The notes beneath the pieces were generated by a model. That model did not search any database and was not told where the DNA came from. It was given only the letters and a program-made list of their open reading frames with translations. Made by a program: the position numbers and the translations under genes. From Schaalia odontolytica (GTDB taxonomy: Bacteria > Actinomycetota > Actinomycetes > Actinomycetales > Actinomycetaceae), in the NCBI RefSeq assembly GCF_005696695.1, contig NZ_CP040006.1, positions 1,050,001-1,082,000 of the forward strand: 32,000 bases of DNA, in the 5' to 3' direction. Positions 8,203 to 16,249 of the stretch are shown piece after piece; position 1 is the stretch's first letter; the number at the start of each line of letters is the position of its first letter.

Positions 8203-9786
8203 GTGTTTGGAAACCTGTCAGATCGTCTGAGCCAGTCGTTCCGTAGCCTGCGTAGCCGCGGCGTCCTGACCGAGTCGGACGTCGATCACGCGATTTCCGA
8301 CATTCGTCGCGCCCTCATCGACGCGGACGTTGCGCTCCCCGTCGTTCGCCAGTTCACCACGCAGGTTCGCGAAAAGGCCTACGGCGCAGCCCGTTCCAAG
8401 GCGCTCAACCCGGGCCAGCAGGTCGTCTCCATCGTGCACGAGGAACTCGTCGAGATCCTCGGTGGCGCCACGCGTGAGCTGACCTTCGCAGAGTCCGGCC
8501 CGACCGTCTTCATGCTCGCCGGCCTCCAGGGTGCCGGTAAGACCACGCTCGCCGGAAAGCTGGGTAAGTGGCTGCGCGAGGAGGGCAAGACCGTCCTGCT
8601 CGTCGCCTCCGACCTCCAGCGCCCCAACGCCGTCCAGCAGCTCCAGGTTGTCGGCGAGCGAGCCGGCGTCAAGGTGTGGGCACCCGAGCCCGGAAACGGC
8701 GTGGGCGACCCCGTCGAGGTCGCGCGTAGCGGCGTCGAGTTCGCCCGCCAGAGCGGCATCAACGTGGTCATCGTCGATACGGCAGGCCGCCTCGGCGTCG
8801 ACCAGGAGATGATGGACCAGGCGATCGCCATCCGCGACGCCGTCAACCCCCACGAGATCATGTTTGTCCTTGACGCCATGGTCGGTCAGGACGCGGTCTC
8901 CACCTCCACAGCCTTCCGTGACGGCGTCGGCTTTACGGGCGTCGTCCTGTCCAAGCTGGACGGCGACGCGCGCGGTGGTGCCGCACTGTCCGTTCGCGGC
9001 GTGACCGGTGCTCCGATTCTGTTTGCCTCGACGGGCGAGGGCCTCGATGACTTTGAGCGCTTCCACGCCGACCGTATGGCCGGCCGCATCCTCGACATGG
9101 GTGACATCCTTACCCTCATCGAGCAGGCCGAAAAGAAGATGGATGCCGAGGAGGCGGAGAAGGTCGCGGCCAAGGCAATGGCCGGCCAGCTCACCCTCGG
9201 CGACTTCCTGAGCCAGCTGCAGCAGATCAAGAAGCTCGGCTCGATGAAGAAGATGCTCGGCATGATCCCGGGCGCTGCCCAGATGCGCGAGCAGATCGAG
9301 AACTTCGACGAGCGCGAGGTCGACCGCGTGGAGGCCATCGTCCGTTCGATGACCCCGGCCGAGCGCGAGGACGTATCGATCCTTAACGGCTCTCGTCGAG
9401 CGCGTATCGCCCGCGGTTCCGGCACGACTGTCACCGAGGTGAACCAGCTCGTGCAGCGCTTCGAGGCAGCGCGCGAGATGATGGCGCAGATGGGCCAGAT
9501 GGGTGGCGGTGTTCCCGGTATGGGCGCACTCCCCGGCCGCGGCGGCAAGGCGAAGCAGAAGGCCAACGCCCGCAAGGCTCAGGCCCAGCGTGCCCGCATG
9601 AAGAAGAGCGCACGCTCCGGTAACCCCGCCAAGCGTCGCCAGCAGGAGCTGGAGGCCATGCTGCCTCCGTCTGAGCGCAGCGCACCCCAGGGTTCCTCCT
9701 TCGGTGTAGCCCAGGAGGCCCCCGCTTCGCGTCCGACGATCGACGATCTGCCGGACGACGTCAAGCGCATGCTCGGCCAGCTCTGA
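8203..9786 (+). CDS. ffh: Signal recognition particle protein Ffh
   Basis: GTG start. GLQGAGKTTLAGKL, DTAGRL, SKLDGDARGG, Met-rich M domain (KKMLGMIPG) and a basic C-terminal tail. Confidence 0.95.
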   Translation: MFGNLSDRLSQSFRSLRSRGVLTESDVDHAISDIRRALIDADVALPVVRQFTTQVREKAYGAARSKALNPGQQVVSIVHEELVEILGGATRELTFAESGPTVFMLAGLQGAGKTTLAGKLGKWLREEGKTVLLVASDLQRPNAVQQLQVVGERAGVKVWAPEPGNGVGDPVEVARSGVEFARQSGINVVIVDTAGRLGVDQEMMDQAIAIRDAVNPHEIMFVLDAMVGQDAVSTSTAFRDGVGFTGVVLSKLDGDARGGAALSVRGVTGAPILFASTGEGLDDFERFHADRMAGRILDMGDILTLIEQAEKKMDAEEAEKVAAKAMAGQLTLGDFLSQLQQIKKLGSMKKMLGMIPGAAQMREQIENFDEREVDRVEAIVRSMTPAEREDVSILNGSRRARIARGSGTTVTEVNQLVQRFEAAREMMAQMGQMGGGVPGMGALPGRGGKAKQKANARKAQAQRARMKKSARSGNPAKRRQQELEAMLPPSERSAPQGSSFGVAQEAPASRPTIDDLPDDVKRMLGQL

Positions 9787-9789
9787 GGC

Positions 9790-10896
9790 ATGGAGTTCAG
9801 TGGGCTCGCCCTGTGGGCGGATAACGAGACCGAGCGCCCGTCGTGGGTGCGCGGCACGTGGCGCGTCGACGGGGGAGTGATCCGCCGCGTCTCCGATAGG
9901 GAAGAGGCGCCGTCGGCGGGATGCATCGTCCCTGGCATGGTGGATACGCACTGCCACATTGGGTACTCGGATACCGGTTCGGTGTCCGAGGCTGAGATGG
10001 TCGAGCAGGCGCGCGCGACGCTCGCGAGCGGCGTGACCGTCGTGCGCGATTGCGGCGTGCCGGTCGATAACTCGCCTGCCGCTCGCGCAACCGGTCTGCA
10101 CCTGATCCGCTGTGGCCGCCATGTTGCGCGTCCGAAGCGCTACATGCGTGACCTGCCGCTGGACGTCGACGATCAGAGCGAGCTTCCCGCGGTCCTCGCG
10201 TCGATGGCACACTCCTCCGACGGGTGGGTGAAGATCGTCGGAGACTGGATCGACCGCAGCGCCGGGGCAGACTCGGACCTCATGCCCCTGTGGGACCCCG
10301 CCGTGTTGATTGACGCTGTTGCCGCCGTGCACGAGGCCGGGGCGAGGATCGCCGTGCACGCCTTCTCCCACCGCGTCATCGACTCGCTCATTGAGGCCGG
10401 CGTTGACGACATTGAACACGGCAGCGGTATCGATGCGGATCAGGCTCGCGAGATTGCCGCACGCGGCATCGCGGTGACGCCGACGCTGCGCCAGGTCGAG
10501 CTCTTCAAGGATTTTGCGGCCCAGGCGGGTGCGAAGTACCCCGTCTATGCGGCGACGATGCAGGCAATGTACGACGAGCGACGCTCCCACTTCGAGATGC
10601 TCGTCGACTCCGGGGTCCTTCTCCTGATGGGAACCGACTCGGGGGGCTACCAGGATCACGGCACGATCGCCGGCGAGCTTGACCTGTGGCTCCAATGGGG
10701 CGCGCCCGCTGAGTTCACGATCGACGCTGCGACGTGGGTGAGCCAGCGCTACCTCAGTTACCCCGGCCTCGTCGAGGGGGCTCCCGCTGATTTCCTCATC
10801 CTGGACGAGGACCCGAGGGCCAACCCGGCGATCCTCGCGAACCCCGCGCGCGTGACGCTGGGTGGAACGCCCGTGTGGGAGCGTCTGCCCGCCTGA
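9790..10896 (+). CDS. Amidohydrolase-family metal-dependent hydrolase
   Basis: 368 aa. HxH metal motif (MVDTHCHIG), later HAFSH and a DxxxHG-type motif (DDIEHGS). Starts 3 nt after the ffh stop. An amidohydrolase (Rv2915c) lies next to ffh in M. tuberculosis. Confidence 0.8.
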   Translation: MEFSGLALWADNETERPSWVRGTWRVDGGVIRRVSDREEAPSAGCIVPGMVDTHCHIGYSDTGSVSEAEMVEQARATLASGVTVVRDCGVPVDNSPAARATGLHLIRCGRHVARPKRYMRDLPLDVDDQSELPAVLASMAHSSDGWVKIVGDWIDRSAGADSDLMPLWDPAVLIDAVAAVHEAGARIAVHAFSHRVIDSLIEAGVDDIEHGSGIDADQAREIAARGIAVTPTLRQVELFKDFAAQAGAKYPVYAATMQAMYDERRSHFEMLVDSGVLLLMGTDSGGYQDHGTIAGELDLWLQWGAPAEFTIDAATWVSQRYLSYPGLVEGAPADFLILDEDPRANPAILANPARVTLGGTPVWERLPA

Positions 10897-10951
10897 GCTC
10901 GCTGTAGTGATCGATTTAACCGATTCGCGCGACACGGCACTCGCTCCTGGC

Positions 10952-10981
10952 TTGGGATTCAGGGGCGAAATATGGCATAAT
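10952..10981 (+). promoter_or_regulatory. Putative sigma-A promoter for the rpsP operon
   Basis: TTGGGA (10952-10957), 18 nt, then CATAAT (10976-10981), with TGG immediately upstream of the -10 (extended -10-like). This would give a ~125-nt leader. Confidence 0.35.
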
Positions 10982-11111
10982 CGCTAGCTGTACCCGGCGG
11001 TTCGTAGACCCTCTCACTGCGTGCCGTCGTGTCCCGGTCCAATGCGACCCCTGTGTTTCCCACCTTGGGACGCAAAGGTCCACACCAATCTGAAATGGAG
11101 AGACCACTCAA

Positions 11112-11579
11112 GTGGCAGTTCGAATTCGCCTGAAGCGCGTGGGTAAGATCCACGCTGCCCAGTACCGTGTTGTCGTTGTCGATTCGCGCAAGAAGCGTGA
11201 CGGCCGCGTCATCGAAGAGGTCGGTTACTACGATCCTCAGCCCAACCCGTCGATCATCCGCATCGACTCTGAGCGTGCCCAGTACTGGCTCGGTGTTGGC
11301 GCTCAGCCTTCCGACCAGGTCCGCAAGCTGCTGGTCCTGACCGGTGACATCGCCAAGTTCAACGGCAAGGCCGACGCTGTTTCCCGCGTCATCGTCTCCG
11401 AGGCCGACAAGGCCGCCCAGGCCGAGCAGGCCATCAAGGACGCCGAGGCTGCTGCCGAGAAGTCCAAGGCCGCTGCTTCCGCCAAGAAGGCCGAGGAAGA
11501 GGCCGCCGCTGCTGCAGCCGCTGCTGAGGCTGAGGCCGGCGAGCAGGCTTCCGAAGAGGCCGCCGGAGAGGATGCCTGA
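11112..11579 (+). CDS. rpsP: 30S ribosomal protein S16 with an Ala/Glu-rich C-terminal extension
   Basis: GTG start. [42 protein letters not shown] is canonical S16. Confidence 0.95.
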   Translation: MAVRIRLKRVGKIHAAQYRVVVVDSRKKRDGRVIEEVGYYDPQPNPSIIRIDSERAQYWLGVGAQPSDQVRKLLVLTGDIAKFNGKADAVSRVIVSEADKAAQAEQAIKDAEAAAEKSKAAASAKKAEEEAAAAAAAAEAEAGEQASEEAAGEDA

Positions 11580-11581
11580 GC

Positions 11582-11821
11582 ATGCTCGCCGACGCGTTGG
11601 AGCACCTGGTCAGCGGCATCGTTGACCACCCCGAAGATGTCGAGGTGACGCCTCGTTCCATGCGACGTGGCCAGCTTCTTGAGGTTCGAGTGAACCCCGA
11701 GGATCTGGGTCGCGTCATCGGACGCGGCGGTCGGACGGCTCGCGCGCTGCGCACCGTCATGGGTGCGTTGTCCACGCGTGGCACCGTCCGTGTTGACGTC
11801 GTCGACACGGATCGCGAGTAA
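11582..11821 (+). CDS. KH-domain RNA-binding protein (YlqC/KhpA-like)
   Basis: 79 aa with a GxxG KH motif (VIGRGGRTARALRTV). Conserved position between rpsP and rimM (Rv2908c-like). Confidence 0.85.
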   Translation: MLADALEHLVSGIVDHPEDVEVTPRSMRRGQLLEVRVNPEDLGRVIGRGGRTARALRTVMGALSTRGTVRVDVVDTDRE

Positions 11822-11836
11822 GACTCGCACACGTCA

Positions 11837-11867
11837 CGAAGGGGTCCGGCACTGCCGGGCCCCTTCG
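11837..11867 (+). terminator. Intra-operon hairpin between the KH gene and rimM (attenuator or processing-site candidate)
   Basis: 14-bp stem including one G-U pair: CGAAGGGGTCCGGC (11837-11850), 3-nt loop, GCCGGGCCCCTTCG (11854-11867), followed by TTGTATCCTT. Confidence 0.45.
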
Positions 11868-11910
11868 TTGTATCCTTCGGGGGAGTCCCCGTTTATCGTC
11901 AGGAGAACAC

Positions 11911-12423
11911 ATGCAGCTCACAGCCGCTATCGTCGGCCCCGCCCACGGCTTGCGAGGCGAGGTTATCGTGGACGTGCGCAGCGACGATCCCGAGGTCATG
12001 GCACCCGGTTCGCGCTTGGACATTGCGGGAGATCAGCGCAGCCTCACTGTGCGCACCGTTCGCGTGCATAAGGATCGCGTGCTCGCATCGTTCGAGGAAT
12101 GCGTGACTCGCGAGGATGCTGAGGCTCTGCGCGGTGCCCGACTGCTCGTCGATGCTCATCCCGAGGAGGATGCCTGGTATCCGCACGAACTCAAGGGTCT
12201 CCAGGCGCGTACTCCGTCCGGCGATGTTCTCGGTACCGTTAGCGGGCTGACCCCGGGCGCGGCTCAGGATTTGCTTCTCGTTGCCACGGATCGCGGCACT
12301 GTCATGGTTCCCTTCGTGACGGCCCTCGTTCCGACCGTCGACGTCGAGGGTCGATGTGTCGTCATCGATGCGCCCCCCGGCCTGTTTGACGACGATGCCG
12401 TGTCGGAGCGCGAGGGCGACTGA
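11911..12423 (+). CDS. rimM: 16S rRNA processing protein RimM
   Basis: AGGAGAA RBS. GPAHGLRGEV N-terminal motif and a PRC-barrel-type C-terminus. Conserved rpsP-rimM-trmD order. Confidence 0.9.
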   Translation: MQLTAAIVGPAHGLRGEVIVDVRSDDPEVMAPGSRLDIAGDQRSLTVRTVRVHKDRVLASFEECVTREDAEALRGARLLVDAHPEEDAWYPHELKGLQARTPSGDVLGTVSGLTPGAAQDLLLVATDRGTVMVPFVTALVPTVDVEGRCVVIDAPPGLFDDDAVSEREGD

Positions 12424-12427
12424 GACC

Positions 12428-13780
12428 GTGCGCTTCGATCTCATTTCGATTTTTCCTGACTATTTTGCGCCTCTTCGCCTCTCGCTGATGGGGAAGGCTG
12501 AGGACGCCGGCCTCGTGCATCTCCAGGCGCACGACCTGCGCGAGTGGGCGACCGGCAAGCATCGCAGCGTCGATGACACCCCCTACGGCGGTGGCGCGGG
12601 CATGGTCATGCGTGCGGATGTGTGGGCTCGCGCCCTCGACGAGGTCCTTGCCATGCCGCTCGCGGAGCGCGACGGCGATGGGTCCCAGGCCTCGCCGCGT
12701 CGCGTCCTCGCGATCCCGACGCCGTCGGGAACGCCGCTGACCCAGGCGCGGGTTGAGGATCTCGCGCGCGCCGACCAGATCATCGTCGCCTGCGGGCGTT
12801 ACGAGGGCATCGACGCGCGCGTCGCTGAGCACTACCGCGGCGCTGGCGTCGAGGTCGTCGAGTTTTCTATTGGCGACTATGTCCTCAATGGTGGCGAGGT
12901 CGCAGCGATGGTTCTCACCGAGGCGGTCGCGCGCCTTCTTGACGGTTTTATGGGAAACCCGGACTCGCTCGTTGAAGAGTCTCACTCGGGTGCGGGCCTC
13001 CTCGAATACCCCGTGTTCACCAAACCCAGGGAGTTCCGCTCCCTCGCGATCCCCGAGGTGCTTCTCGGCGGTAATCACGCGGCGATCGAGCGGTGGCGCC
13101 GAGATCGAGCGATTGAGAAGACCGCTCGCGTGCGCCCTGATCTCGCGCTGTCACTGGATGCTTCGTCGCTGACGCGCGAGGACCGTGCGATGCTGGCCCG
13201 ATGCGGTGTTGCGTACCCGCGAGGTGGAGCGGCGGAACGGCTCAACGTGCGACAGGCTGGGCTTGAGGACGTCGTTGCAGTCAGCGAGCTCGCGGCACGC
13301 ACGTTCCCGGATGCTTGCCCGGAGAACCTGCCCGAGGAAGCGATTGCGGAGCACATTGCCACGCAGCTCACCGCCGACGTGTTTGACGCTCTTATTTCCG
13401 ATCCTGAGCGTCACCGCCTGTTCGTCGCCGAGGTCTGGGGTGGCCTCGTCGGTTACGTGCTCACCCACGTCGGACCCGATGCGTTGCCGAGCGACATGGT
13501 GCGTCCCGGACGCGTGGAGGAAGGTAGTGCCTACCTGTCCAAGTGCTATGTTGACGAGGCGTGGCGAGGCAGCGGTGTCGCGGACGCGCTCATCGAGCGC
13601 GCCATTGCCGATGCGCGAGACTTGGGGCATGCCGCTGTTGTGCTCGGCACCAATCGAGGGAATAAGGAGGCGCAAGCCTTTTACAAGCACCACGGATTCC
13701 GTAAGCGTTCGAGCCGAACCTTCGATGTGGGCGGCGTACGCAACTACGACGTCGTCATGGTGCGTGATCTCACCGCATAA
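12428..13780 (+). CDS. trmD: tRNA (guanine37-N1)-methyltransferase TrmD fused to a C-terminal GNAT-family N-acetyltransferase domain
   Basis: GTG at 12428. TrmD part (~260 aa): VRFDLISIFPDYF, TPYGGGAGMVM, ACGRYEGIDARV, SIGDYVLNGGE. From about 13238 there is a GNAT-like part: VGYVLTH, YLSKCYVDEAWRGSGVADALIERAI (R-x-x-G-x-A acetyl-CoA motif) and AQAFYKHHGF. No stop codon lies between the two parts. Confidence 0.85.
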   Translation: MRFDLISIFPDYFAPLRLSLMGKAEDAGLVHLQAHDLREWATGKHRSVDDTPYGGGAGMVMRADVWARALDEVLAMPLAERDGDGSQASPRRVLAIPTPSGTPLTQARVEDLARADQIIVACGRYEGIDARVAEHYRGAGVEVVEFSIGDYVLNGGEVAAMVLTEAVARLLDGFMGNPDSLVEESHSGAGLLEYPVFTKPREFRSLAIPEVLLGGNHAAIERWRRDRAIEKTARVRPDLALSLDASSLTREDRAMLARCGVAYPRGGAAERLNVRQAGLEDVVAVSELAARTFPDACPENLPEEAIAEHIATQLTADVFDALISDPERHRLFVAEVWGGLVGYVLTHVGPDALPSDMVRPGRVEEGSAYLSKCYVDEAWRGSGVADALIERAIADARDLGHAAVVLGTNRGNKEAQAFYKHHGFRKRSSRTFDVGGVRNYDVVMVRDLTA

Positions 13781-13814
13781 CACGTCCGCGCACTAGCTCT
13801 GGTGCGTCCTACTG

Positions 13815-13823
13815 TGGGATAAT
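13815..13823 (+). promoter_or_regulatory. Putative extended -10 element for rplS
   Basis: TGGGATAAT, the same TGG-nATAAT form as upstream of rpsP. No convincing -35. This would give a ~125-nt leader. Confidence 0.3.
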
Positions 13824-13952
13824 AACCAGGATTGTGCGCGGTTCATCCTGCCGCAGGGGGACACCGAGGCGCACGATCACACGTCAAGTGAGCGGGTTCG
13901 ACCCGCCCAACCAGGCGCTTCCGACCTGCGGCAGTTGCGTCAAGGAGAAGAA

Positions 13953-14309
13953 ATGCAGAAGCTGGACGCCGTTGATGCGGCTTCGCTGCGCGATGACATC
14001 CCCTCGTTCCGAGCTGGCGACACCCTCAAGGTGCACGTCAAGGTCATCGAAGGTAACCGCTCTCGTATCCAGGTCTTCCAGGGTGTCGTGATCGCTCGTC
14101 GCGGTCACGGTGTGTCCTCCACGTTCACCATCCGCAAGGTTTCCTTCGGTGTGGGCGTCGAGCGTACCTTCCCGGTTCACGCCCCCACGATCGACCACAT
14201 CGAGGTCGTCACCAAGGGCGACGTGCGTCGCGCTAAGCTCTACTACCTGCGTGAGCGTCACGGCAAGGCCGCGAAGATCAAGGAACACCGTTCCGGCAAG
14301 TCCGCCTGA
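13953..14309 (+). CDS. rplS: 50S ribosomal protein L19
   Basis: AAGGAGAAG RBS, then ATG at 13953. [33 protein letters not shown] is canonical L19. Confidence 0.95.
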   Translation: MQKLDAVDAASLRDDIPSFRAGDTLKVHVKVIEGNRSRIQVFQGVVIARRGHGVSSTFTIRKVSFGVGVERTFPVHAPTIDHIEVVTKGDVRRAKLYYLRERHGKAAKIKEHRSGKSA

Positions 14310-14346
14310 GGCTTGCCAGGCATACGCCTTGGCATTTTTCACGGAA

Positions 14347-14377
14347 AGGCCCGACACCGCGCGCCGGTGTCGGGCCT
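14347..14377 (+). terminator. Hairpin terminator downstream of rplS
   Basis: 13-bp perfect stem AGGCCCGACACCG (14347-14359) / CGGTGTCGGGCCT (14365-14377) with a 5-nt loop. Confidence 0.65.
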
Positions 14378-14419
14378 CGCCGTATCCTGGGATGGTTGAC
14401 GCAACGACAAGGAGATTGC

Positions 14420-15166
14420 ATGACCCCGACAGCAGGACCGTCGCTCGGACCACTGCATTCGCCTTCTCTTCGGGATCGTGATCGCGCGGAGGCTCGCGCT
14501 CGTCGCAACCCGCTCGTGTGGCTGCGCGAGATCCTCATGATCATCGTGGTCGCCCTCGTGATCTCGTCGCTGCTGCGTGCCTTCATCGTCCAGGTCTTCT
14601 GGATTCCCTCACCGTCGATGCACAACACTCTGGTGGAGGATGACCGCATCGCCGTCTCGCGTATCGACGCGCTTCGTTCGAACGTGCACCGCGGGGATGT
14701 CGTCGTCTTCGATGACACGCTCGGCTGGCTGGGTTCGTCGCAGGCGACGTCTCCCTCAGTGCTGCGCCGTCTGGGGGAGTTCACCGGTTTCGTCCCGGGA
14801 GGCAGTGAGCAGACGCTCGTGAAGCGCGTCATCGGCGTCGGTGGCGATCGTGTGTCATGCACCAGTGCGAACGGCAAGGTGAGCGTCAACGGAGTTGAGC
14901 TTGACGAGACGTACGTGCCCGATGGGCAGGTTCCGTGTGGCGAGCGCACTTTTGATGTTGTCGTTCCCGAGGGACACCTGTGGGTGATGGGTGACAACCG
15001 TTCGAACTCGGCTGATTCTCGCTACCACATGGGGTCGGGACAGTCGCCCTACGTGCCGCTTTCCTCGGTCGTTGGTACCGTTCAGGCGGTCATCTGGCCC
15101 ACGTCGCGTTGGACGACGGACATCGCGCACCACGAGGTGTTCGCGTCTGTTCCTGACGCCTCATGA
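14420..15166 (+). CDS. lepB: Signal peptidase I
   Basis: GGAG RBS, then ATG at 14420. TM helix, catalytic Ser box IPSPSMHNTL, Lys box VKRVIGVGGD, and GDNRSNSADSR. Confidence 0.92.
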   Translation: MTPTAGPSLGPLHSPSLRDRDRAEARARRNPLVWLREILMIIVVALVISSLLRAFIVQVFWIPSPSMHNTLVEDDRIAVSRIDALRSNVHRGDVVVFDDTLGWLGSSQATSPSVLRRLGEFTGFVPGGSEQTLVKRVIGVGGDRVSCTSANGKVSVNGVELDETYVPDGQVPCGERTFDVVVPEGHLWVMGDNRSNSADSRYHMGSGQSPYVPLSSVVGTVQAVIWPTSRWTTDIAHHEVFASVPDAS

Positions 15167-15834
15167 CGACCGCCTCGCGTGACCTCGAGGTCTCCCTCGC
15201 GCGTCGGTGGGGGATCGTTGCGGGGATGGACGAGGTAGGGCGCGGAGCGCTGGCCGGTCCGGTTGCCGTGGGTGTGGCGCTCATCGGTGTCGATGCCCCA
15301 CCGGTTCCCGAAGGCCTCACCGACTCCAAAGCACTGACCGCTCGTCGGCGCGAGGCCCTTGTCGATCCCGTGCGTGAATGGGCCTTGGCTTGTGCAGTCG
15401 GCTACGCCTCCCCGCAGGAGATCGATGACTGGGGCATCATCGCCGCGCTTCGCCTGGCGGGCCGGCGCGCTCTGGCCGAGGTAGCCAGCCATGGCCTCGT
15501 TCCCGGCGGTGTTCTGCTGGATGGCTCCCATGATTGGCTGTCTGCACCCGACGATCTGTTCGGTGCCATCGACGGGCCTGAGGATCCTTTTGGCATCGAA
15601 CTGCCTGTCCAGATGCAGGTGAAGGCCGACGCGTCCTGCGCGGTCGTTGCCGCAGCCTCCGTCCTCGCGAAGGTTGAACGCGACCACCTCATGCAGGAGC
15701 TTGAGGATCCGGGCTACGGATGGGCATCGAACAAGGGCTACGGGTCGGCCGCCCACACTCGCGCGATCGTCGAGCTCGGCGTGTCGGATCAGCATCGTCG
15801 CTCCTGGAAGATGCCGACGCAGGCCACAAAGTAG
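15163..15834 (+). CDS. rnhB: Ribonuclease HII
   Basis: ATGA overlap with the lepB stop. GMDEVGRGALAGPV, DSKALT, ASVLAKVERD. Confidence 0.92.
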   Translation: MTTASRDLEVSLARRWGIVAGMDEVGRGALAGPVAVGVALIGVDAPPVPEGLTDSKALTARRREALVDPVREWALACAVGYASPQEIDDWGIIAALRLAGRRALAEVASHGLVPGGVLLDGSHDWLSAPDDLFGAIDGPEDPFGIELPVQMQVKADASCAVVAAASVLAKVERDHLMQELEDPGYGWASNKGYGSAAHTRAIVELGVSDQHRRSWKMPTQATK

Positions 15835-15888
15835 GGCGCGCCGGGGTGGCGTGGCTCGGCTGGGCGCGCGGCCCGGCATGATGGGTGC

Positions 15889-16188
15889 GTGAGCGAAGAA
15901 ATCGAAGGTTACGAAAACAATCTGGAGCTGGAACTCTTCAAGGAGTACCGCGACGTCATCGGGTTGTTCAAGTACGTCGTGGAAACCGAGAGGCGTTTCT
16001 ATCTGTGCAACCACGTTGATGTGCAGGCACGCCCGGTCGGCGGCGACGTCTTTTTCGAGCTGACGCTCAGCGACGCGTGGGTGTGGGACATCTACCGCTC
16101 GTCGCGCTTCGTGCGCTCGGTGCGCGTCATCACCTACAAGGACGTCAACGTCGAGGAGCTCTCCAAGCCGGAGCTCGACATCCCGTAA
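15889..16188 (+). CDS. DUF2469-family protein (Rv2901c-like)
   Basis: 99 aa, GTG start. LELELFKEYRDVIGLFKYVVETERRFYLCN resembles the conserved actinobacterial protein that follows rnhB. Confidence 0.8.
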   Translation: MSEEIEGYENNLELELFKEYRDVIGLFKYVVETERRFYLCNHVDVQARPVGGDVFFELTLSDAWVWDIYRSSRFVRSVRVITYKDVNVEELSKPELDIP

Positions 16189-16210
16189 TCGCGGATGAGC
16201 CGCACCGCGG

Positions 16211-16249
16211 TTATCCACAGGCCTTTTTGCGAACCGCTCCCTATCCACA
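16211..16249 (+). promoter_or_regulatory. Pair of direct DnaA-box-like repeats: TTATCCACAGG, 20 nt, then TATCCACAGG
   Basis: TTATCCACA at 16211-16219 is a 9/9 match to the classical DnaA box. cTATCCACA is at 16241-16249. The box starts are 30 bp apart. The same architecture occurs at 21023-21061 on the other strand. Confidence 0.5.

Noticed and set aside
8218-10935. 905-aa minus-strand ORF spanning ffh and the amidohydrolase gene
   Set aside because: It is antisense to two genes with unmistakable conserved motifs. Its translation is Arg/Gly/Asp/His/Leu-rich with no recognisable domain. This is a typical high-GC shadow ORF caused by scarcity of stop codons.
11430-11579. Ala/Glu-rich low-complexity C-terminal extension of S16, considered as a possible fused or novel domain
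   Set aside because: C-terminal extensions of S16 are common in Actinobacteria; the M. tuberculosis S16 is similarly extended. The same applies to the basic tail of Ffh and the acidic tail of S2.
16211-16249. Reading the two TATCCA-containing boxes as the -35 and -10 elements of a single promoter
   Set aside because: The hexamers would be separated by 25 nt, far outside the 16-19 nt window. The two boxes are identical direct repeats, unlike a -35/-10 pair.
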